Below are positions 58,227 to 64,000 of a stretch of 64,000 nt of DNA, one piece after another. Position numbers and translations under genes: made by a program. This DNA comes from Gemmatimonadota bacterium (GTDB lineage Bacteria; Gemmatimonadota; Gemmatimonadetes; Gemmatimonadales; GWC2-71-9), in assembly GCA_003223395.1 (NCBI GenBank), contig QHUZ01000056.1:597-64596 (forward strand), read 5' to 3'. The notes under the pieces were generated by a model. That model was not told the DNA's origin and did no database searches. It worked only from the letters and a program-made list of their open reading frames with translations. Numbering within the stretch: position 1 is the first letter of the stretch; each line of letters starts with the position of its first letter.

Positions 58227-59095
58227 CCGACTATGCTCTGACGCTCACCGACATCCGTGGCCACAGGCTCGGCCCCGTCTCCCTCGCGCTGCTGCCCGGC
58301 GAGATTGCGGGGTTGGTCGGGCCGGCAGGGGCGGGGAAGACGAGGCTGCTCCGTGTAGCGGCGGGCGCGGTGAAACCGAGGACCGGAGAGGTGCGCGTGT
58401 GGGGAATGCGCGTCACCGATCCCGCGGCGCGCCGGCTCATCGGATATGCCGGCGACAATCCGGTATTTCCGCGCGCGCTCACCGTTCACGAAGTGCTGAC
58501 GTACTATGCGCGCCTGCATTGCGGGATGAGCAACGAACGCAATGCGCGGGGGCTGGTGCGCGAAGCTCTCGAGATCACCGGCCTGGCGGCGGCAGCGAAG
58601 CTGCGCGCGGACTCGCTCGGGAGAGCGGATCTGCACCGTCTCAACTTTGCGCAGGCTGCGCTGGCTGGACGGCGGGTGCTGCTGCTCGATGAGACATTCT
58701 CGGGGCTCGACGCCTTCGCGCGCCGGGATCTGCGTGGCCGGATCGCGCGGCTCGCGGCGGAGGGCGTCGCCGTGTTGATCACCGCGCGCGACCCCGCCGC
58801 GCTGGAACGGCTCGCCGCGCGTGTACTGGTCCTGCGCGACGGACGGATCGTCCGCGCCGGTCCCCTGGCGACCCTCCTCGGCGAGCGCGTTCTCGAAGTG
58901 ATTCTGGACGCCCCACCCGCCGAGCCGCCTCCCGGTTTCCGCGTCACCGCCGCCGGTTTGGAGGCGCCGCTGGCCGGCAGGACCGTCGAAGCGGCGCTGG
59001 CGTTGTGCCGGGCGCACCGGCTGCCGGTTCGGGCCTCGCGCGTGCGCGTGAAGTCGCTCGAGGAGATCGTGCTGGAAACCCACGACGCCCACTAG
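58223..59095 (+). CDS. ABC transporter ATP-binding protein
   Basis: ATG 58223 (MTDYALTL). Walker A GPAGAGKTR, Walker B LLLDE. Confidence 0.8.
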   Translation: MTDYALTLTDIRGHRLGPVSLALLPGEIAGLVGPAGAGKTRLLRVAAGAVKPRTGEVRVWGMRVTDPAARRLIGYAGDNPVFPRALTVHEVLTYYARLHCGMSNERNARGLVREALEITGLAAAAKLRADSLGRADLHRLNFAQAALAGRRVLLLDETFSGLDAFARRDLRGRIARLAAEGVAVLITARDPAALERLAARVLVLRDGRIVRAGPLATLLGERVLEVILDAPPAEPPPGFRVTAAGLEAPLAGRTVEAALALCRAHRLPVRASRVRVKSLEEIVLETHDAH

Positions 59096-59110
59096 TACGT
59101 TTCGCCGTCA

Positions 59111-60541
59111 ATGACGGCGCACGTTTCGCTTTTCAATACGCTGACCCGCCGCGTCGAGCCGCTGCAGCCGGTCGCGCCGCCGCGCGTCACGCTGTACACC
59201 TGCGGCCCGACGGTCTGGAACTACGCGCACATCGGCAACTTCCGCACGTTTCTGTTCGAGGACTTGCTGCGCCGCTGGCTGGAGGCATCGGGTTACGACG
59301 TCTTCCAGATCATGAATCTCACCGATGTGGACGACCGCACGATCAAGGCCGCGCGTGTGGCAGGGAAAAGGCTCACCGAGCACACGGCACCGTTCACGCA
59401 GGCGTTCTTCGAAGATCGCGATTACCTGCGCATCAAGCCGGCGCACGTCTATCCCGAGGCAACGAAGTACATGCCGCAGATGATCGCCCTGGTCTCGCGG
59501 CTGCTCGAACGGGGCGTCGCATATAAAGGAGAGGACGGCTCGGTCTACTTCGCGCTCCAGAAGTTTCCGACCTACGGCCGGCTGTCGCAGCTGGACAAGC
59601 GCGAGATCAAGGTCGGCGCGCGCGTCGCGAGCGACGAGTACGCGAAGGGCGATCCGAGCGATTTCGCGCTCTGGAAAAAAGCCGACGCCGAAGACGAGAC
59701 TGTCGGTGCCGCTTGGGATGCGCCGTTTGGCCGCGGCCGGCCCGGGTGGCATCTCGAATGCTCGGCGATGTCACTCGCAGAGATCGCGAAATGCTGCAAC
59801 GTGCAGACGCTCGACATCCACGCCGGCGGGATCGATTTGATTTTTCCGCATCACGAAAACGAAATCGCGCAGTCGGAGGGCGCGACGGGCCAGCCGTTCG
59901 CGCGCCACTGGGTGCACGGCGAGTTTCTCAACGTGCGTGGCACGAAGATGTCGAAGCGGCACGGAAACTTTCTCACCGTGCGCGACCTGCGCGAACAGGG
60001 TGTGGATGCCGCGGCGGTTCGGCTGCTGTTTTTTCAAACGCACTATCGCCAGCCGGTAGACTTCACGGACGAAGCGCTCGAGGCGGCGAAAGAAGGCGTG
60101 CGGCGGCTCGGGGAGTTTCATCAGCGACTGGAAAAAACAGGGAGAGGGGAGAAGGGAGAAGTACTATCCGGTCTCGCTGACAAACTCGAGGCCGATGTCG
60201 CGACCGCGTTGAACGACGATCTCAACGCGCCGCGCGCCGTTGCCGCGCTGTTCGACTTCGTCCGGGCCGTGAATCGCGAGCTCGACAAGCCGGTCCCGCC
60301 GCCTGGAACGGCGCGCGCGCTCGCCGCGTTCGAGCGGGTGACCGGCATTCTGGACGTGCTGCCGACGGCACGGGCGGCGGACCCGGCACTCGCAGGCTGG
60401 GTCGAGGAGCGGATCGCCGCCCGGGCGCAGGCCCGTAAGTCCAAGGATTTCAAGGCCGCCGACGCGATCCGGACCGAGCTCGCCGCGCAGGGCATCGAGA
60501 TCGAAGACACGCCGCAAGGCACCAAGTGGCGACTGCGCTGA
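59111..60541 (+). CDS. cysS: cysteine-tRNA ligase
   Basis: 476 aa. HIGN (HIGH-type) and KMSKR motifs, with CGPTVWNYAHIGN. Confidence 0.95.
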   Translation: MTAHVSLFNTLTRRVEPLQPVAPPRVTLYTCGPTVWNYAHIGNFRTFLFEDLLRRWLEASGYDVFQIMNLTDVDDRTIKAARVAGKRLTEHTAPFTQAFFEDRDYLRIKPAHVYPEATKYMPQMIALVSRLLERGVAYKGEDGSVYFALQKFPTYGRLSQLDKREIKVGARVASDEYAKGDPSDFALWKKADAEDETVGAAWDAPFGRGRPGWHLECSAMSLAEIAKCCNVQTLDIHAGGIDLIFPHHENEIAQSEGATGQPFARHWVHGEFLNVRGTKMSKRHGNFLTVRDLREQGVDAAAVRLLFFQTHYRQPVDFTDEALEAAKEGVRRLGEFHQRLEKTGRGEKGEVLSGLADKLEADVATALNDDLNAPRAVAALFDFVRAVNRELDKPVPPPGTARALAAFERVTGILDVLPTARAADPALAGWVEERIAARAQARKSKDFKAADAIRTELAAQGIEIEDTPQGTKWRLR

Positions 60542-60571
60542 CGAGGCCTAAGTCGTTCGAAGGCCATCCCT

Positions 60572-60600
60572 TGCCATAGCTGCCAACCCCGTCTAAGATA
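60572..60600 (+). promoter_or_regulatory. candidate promoter TTGCCA-17-TAAGAT upstream of the tRNA-tuf cluster
   Basis: Good sigma-70 spacing, about 27 nt upstream of the first tRNA. Confidence 0.45.
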
Positions 60601-60627
60601 CGGGTCTGTCGGACTCAGCCTTGACCA

Positions 60628-60699
60628 GCTGACGTAGCTCAATGGTAGAGCAGCTGATTTGTAATCAGCAGGTTAAGGGTTCGAGTCCCTTCGTCAGCT
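60628..60699 (+). tRNA. tRNA-Thr (anticodon TGT)
   Basis: Cloverleaf folded by hand. Acceptor GCTGACG/CGTCAGC, anticodon loop TTTGTAA, T-arm AAGGG-TTCGAGT-CCCTT. Confidence 0.9.
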
Positions 60700-60729
60700 C
60701 ACTGCCGAAGCGTAAGAGGAACCAACAAA

Positions 60730-60762
60730 CCCCGCGCGCAGCGACACGCGGGGTCTGTTGTC
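60730..60762 (+). terminator. hairpin CCCCGCG-n10-CGCGGGG plus TCTGTTGT between tRNAs
   Basis: 7-bp GC stem with a moderately T-rich tail. Confidence 0.3.
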
Positions 60763-60790
60763 AGAGGATGTTTCGTGGGGCGAGGGGCGC

Positions 60791-60874
60791 GGTGGGGTGC
60801 CCGAGCGGCCAAAGGGAGCAGACTGTAAATCTGCCGCGCTTAGCGCTACGAAGGTTCGAATCCTTCCCCCACCA
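60791..60874 (+). tRNA. tRNA-Tyr (anticodon GTA)
   Basis: 84 nt with a long variable arm. Acceptor GGTGGGG/CCCCACC, anticodon loop CTGTAAA. Confidence 0.9.
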
Positions 60875-60885
60875 CTTTGTAGCGC

Positions 60886-60958
60886 GCGGGCGTAGCTCAG
60901 TTGGTAGAGCATCAGCCTTCCAAGCTGAGGGTCACGGGTTCGAGCCCCGTCGCCCGCT
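60886..60958 (+). tRNA. tRNA-Gly (anticodon TCC)
   Basis: Acceptor GCGGGCG/CGCCCGC, anticodon loop CTTCCAA. Confidence 0.9.
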
Positions 60959-60975
60959 CCTTGTCCTGAGTAAAG

Positions 60976-61048
<73 letters not shown>

Positions 61049-61101
61049 CTGAACTGAAAACGAGCGACGACGATGTTCATTCGACGATTTTAGGAGAGTT
61101 C

Positions 61102-62301
<1,200 letters not shown>

Positions 62302-62303
62302 CC

Positions 62304-62369
62304 GGAATGATGGAACGATGGAACGATGGAACGAAAAGACATTCCATCATTCCATCATTCCGTCGTTCC
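62304..62369 (+). repeat. long hairpin built from tandem octamers (GATGGAAC)x3 and (ATTCCATC)x3
   Basis: Three 7-bp GATGGAA/TTCCATC helices plus GGAA/TTCC, separated by C-A mismatches. Loop CGAAAAGACA. Lies between the tuf stop and the rpmG start. Confidence 0.7.
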
Positions 62370-62381
62370 AACGGGGTTTAG

Positions 62382-62534
62382 ATGCCACGCGAAAATATCA
62401 TAATGGAGTGCACCGTCTGTAAGAGTCGGAACTATTTCACGACCAAAAACAGGCGCAAGCACCCGGAACGGGCGGAGTGGAAGAAGTTCTGCCCGCGGTG
62501 CAATAAGCAGCAGGCGCACAAGGAATCGAAGTAA
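62382..62534 (+). CDS. rpmG: 50S ribosomal protein L33
   Basis: 50 aa, found by hand (below the ORF-track cutoff): [50 protein letters not shown]. Confidence 0.9.
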   Translation: MPRENIIMECTVCKSRNYFTTKNRRKHPERAEWKKFCPRCNKQQAHKESK

Positions 62535-62785
62535 TGGCCACGGAAGTTCTGACGGGCGGCGGGGGAAGCCCCGGCGTCCGTCCGCGCGGCCGGATCGCTG
62601 GATTCATCCAGTTCCTGCGCGAAGTGCGCAACGAGCTGCGCAAAGTCACGTGGCCGACGTTTGACGAGCTGAAGAAGGCGACGACCGTGATCGTCATTTT
62701 CGTCACGCTGCTGGGGATCGCGATCGGATTGATGGACTCGTTCTTCCAGTTCGTCTTCGTGAAGCTGGTGGCGAGGCTGTTCTAA
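62534..62785 (+). CDS. secE: preprotein translocase subunit SecE
   Basis: 83 aa. FLREVRNELRKVTWPT motif and one TM helix. TAATG overlap with rpmG. Confidence 0.9.
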   Translation: MATEVLTGGGGSPGVRPRGRIAGFIQFLREVRNELRKVTWPTFDELKKATTVIVIFVTLLGIAIGLMDSFFQFVFVKLVARLF

Positions 62786-63330
62786 TGCCTGACCTGCGCT
62801 GGTACGCGATTCAGACGACCGCCGGGCACGAGAACAAGGTGCGCAACTTGATCGCGCGCCGCATCGCCGAGGATACGCGGCCCGAGGCGGAGAAGCCGAT
62901 CCGCCAGGCCCTGGTCCCCACGCAGGAAGTCGTGGAGATCAAGAACGGCAAGAAGGTGAACGTCGAGCGGAAGATCTACCCGGGGTACGTGCTGGTGGAG
63001 ATGGACCTGAATCAGGAGACCATCCACACCATCAACGGCATCCAGGGCGTGATCAAGTTCGTGGGAACCAGCCGGATGCCGATGCCGTTGCGTCCGGACG
63101 AGGTCAACCGCCTGCTCGGCGTTGAAGAAGCGATCAAGGAAGAGGAGCCCACGGAAGCGATTCCGTTCCTCGTGGGCCAGGTCGTGGAAATCACGGAAGG
63201 ACCGTTCTCCGATTTCAGCGGAACGGTGCAGGAAGTGCTGCCGGACAAGGGCAAGGTCCGCGTGTCGGTTGCGTTGTTCGGCAGACCGACCTCGGTGGAA
63301 TTGGATTATTTGCAGTTAAAGGCTCACTGA
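62785..63330 (+). CDS. nusG: transcription termination/antitermination factor NusG
   Basis: 181 aa. WYAIQTTAGHENKV N-terminus and a KOW motif in the C-terminus. Confidence 0.95.
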   Translation: MPDLRWYAIQTTAGHENKVRNLIARRIAEDTRPEAEKPIRQALVPTQEVVEIKNGKKVNVERKIYPGYVLVEMDLNQETIHTINGIQGVIKFVGTSRMPMPLRPDEVNRLLGVEEAIKEEEPTEAIPFLVGQVVEITEGPFSDFSGTVQEVLPDKGKVRVSVALFGRPTSVELDYLQLKAH

Positions 63331-63380
63331 CCACGGAATGCGTGGGAGTCCGCTCCTAGCGGACGACAATAGAGGAAACG

Positions 63381-63806
63381 ATGGCCAAGCCAATCACCGC
63401 AGTAGTGAAGTTGCAGGTGCCGGCCGGGCAGGCGACGCCTGCTCCCCCGGTGGGCACGGCGCTCGGGCCCCACGGTGTCAACATCATGGAATTCGTGAAG
63501 CAGTTCAACGCGAAAACCGGCAGCGCCCAGGGCATGGTGACGCCCGTCGTCGTGACGATCTACAAGGATCGCACGTTCACGTTTGTGACCAAGACCCCGC
63601 CTGCGGCGGTCTTGCTCAAGAAGGAAGCGGGCATCGAGAAAGGCTCGGCGACCTCCAACCGCGAGAAAGTCGGGAAGGTCACGCGCGCCCAGCTGAAGAA
63701 GATCGCCGAATTGAAGATGCCGGACCTGAACGCGACCGATCTCGAAGGCGCGATCAACATGATCGCGGGCACGGCGCGCTCAATGGGCCTGGTGGTGGAG
63801 GGCTGA
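63381..63806 (+). CDS. rplK: 50S ribosomal protein L11
   Basis: 141 aa. [34 protein letters not shown]. Confidence 0.97.
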   Translation: MAKPITAVVKLQVPAGQATPAPPVGTALGPHGVNIMEFVKQFNAKTGSAQGMVTPVVVTIYKDRTFTFVTKTPPAAVLLKKEAGIEKGSATSNREKVGKVTRAQLKKIAELKMPDLNATDLEGAINMIAGTARSMGLVVEG

Positions 63807-64000
63807 TGCGCACGCACGGGAAGAAATACCGCGCGGCGGTTGGCACCATTGAGCCGCGGAAGCTGTATCCGCCGCCGGCGGCGGTCGAGCAGGTGAAGAA
63901 CAGCGCGTTCGCGAAGTTCGACGAGTCGGTGGACGTCGCGGTGCGGCTGGGTGTCGACCCCAAGCACGCCGACCAGATCGTGCGCGGCACCGTCTCGCTG
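63806..64000 (+). CDS. rplA: 50S ribosomal protein L1 (3' end outside window)
   Basis: ATG 63806 overlaps the rplK stop. HGKKYRAA...FDESVDVAVRLGVDPKHADQIVRGTVSL. Confidence 0.9.
   Translation, partial: MRTHGKKYRAAVGTIEPRKLYPPPAAVEQVKNSAFAKFDESVDVAVRLGVDPKHADQIVRGTVSL

Noticed and set aside
62304-62369. Octamer repeats considered as a mini-CRISPR or satellite
   Set aside because: There are only three 8-nt units per arm and no spacers. The two arrays are mutually complementary, so this is a hairpin and not an array. It is reported as a structural element instead.

Overview
High-GC bacterial chromosomal window, densely coding, with many 1-4 nt start/stop overlaps. The phylum cannot be established without a search; my guess is a Gemmatimonadota-like soil bacterium. 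No rRNA, CRISPR array, transposase or integrase was seen.

Recognisable housekeeping genes: aspartate aminotransferase, two M24 peptidases, folE, fadD-like ligase, tldD/pmbA, ligA, deoA, gyrB, mtnA, glpK, ccmEFH, uvrA, pspA and cysS. The window ends with the conserved tRNA(Thr-Tyr-Gly-Thr)-tuf-rpmG-secE-nusG-rplK-rplA block.

Observations worth a second look:
1. A tandem array of five diverged small single-pass membrane proteins lies directly upstream of pspA (53.1-55.3 kb). All five share an AxAERI box and a C-terminal ERxDF[AT]ERLL motif.
2. A tightly coupled operon combines NurA-like, HerA-like, two paralogous lipoproteins, SbcD, SbcC and a GNAT (4.1-13.2 kb). The herA frame is broken near 5412.
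3. A 22-28 bp perfect palindrome occurs three times. Two copies sit in frame inside CDSs (both reading GAQHAAPLP). One sits between convergent genes and supplies both stop codons.
4. A ~95 bp hairpin repeat family brackets each gene of a small lower-GC islet (13.2-15.6 kb) that also holds a decayed VOC gene.
5. A five-gene operon encodes TPR, macro domain, transglutaminase-like protein and an ABC exporter.
6. A PTPS-I-type / FolE / SDR pterin cluster is present.
7. Several AT-rich -10-like boxes lie 6-9 nt upstream of start codons that lack a Shine-Dalgarno sequence, suggesting leaderless mRNAs.
8. Structured intergenic elements include the tuf-rpmG octamer hairpin, a 79-bp inverted repeat between the crotonase gene and mtnA, and a terminator hairpin that contains the start codon of the next gene.

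All family assignments come from reading the translations by eye. No database search was run.
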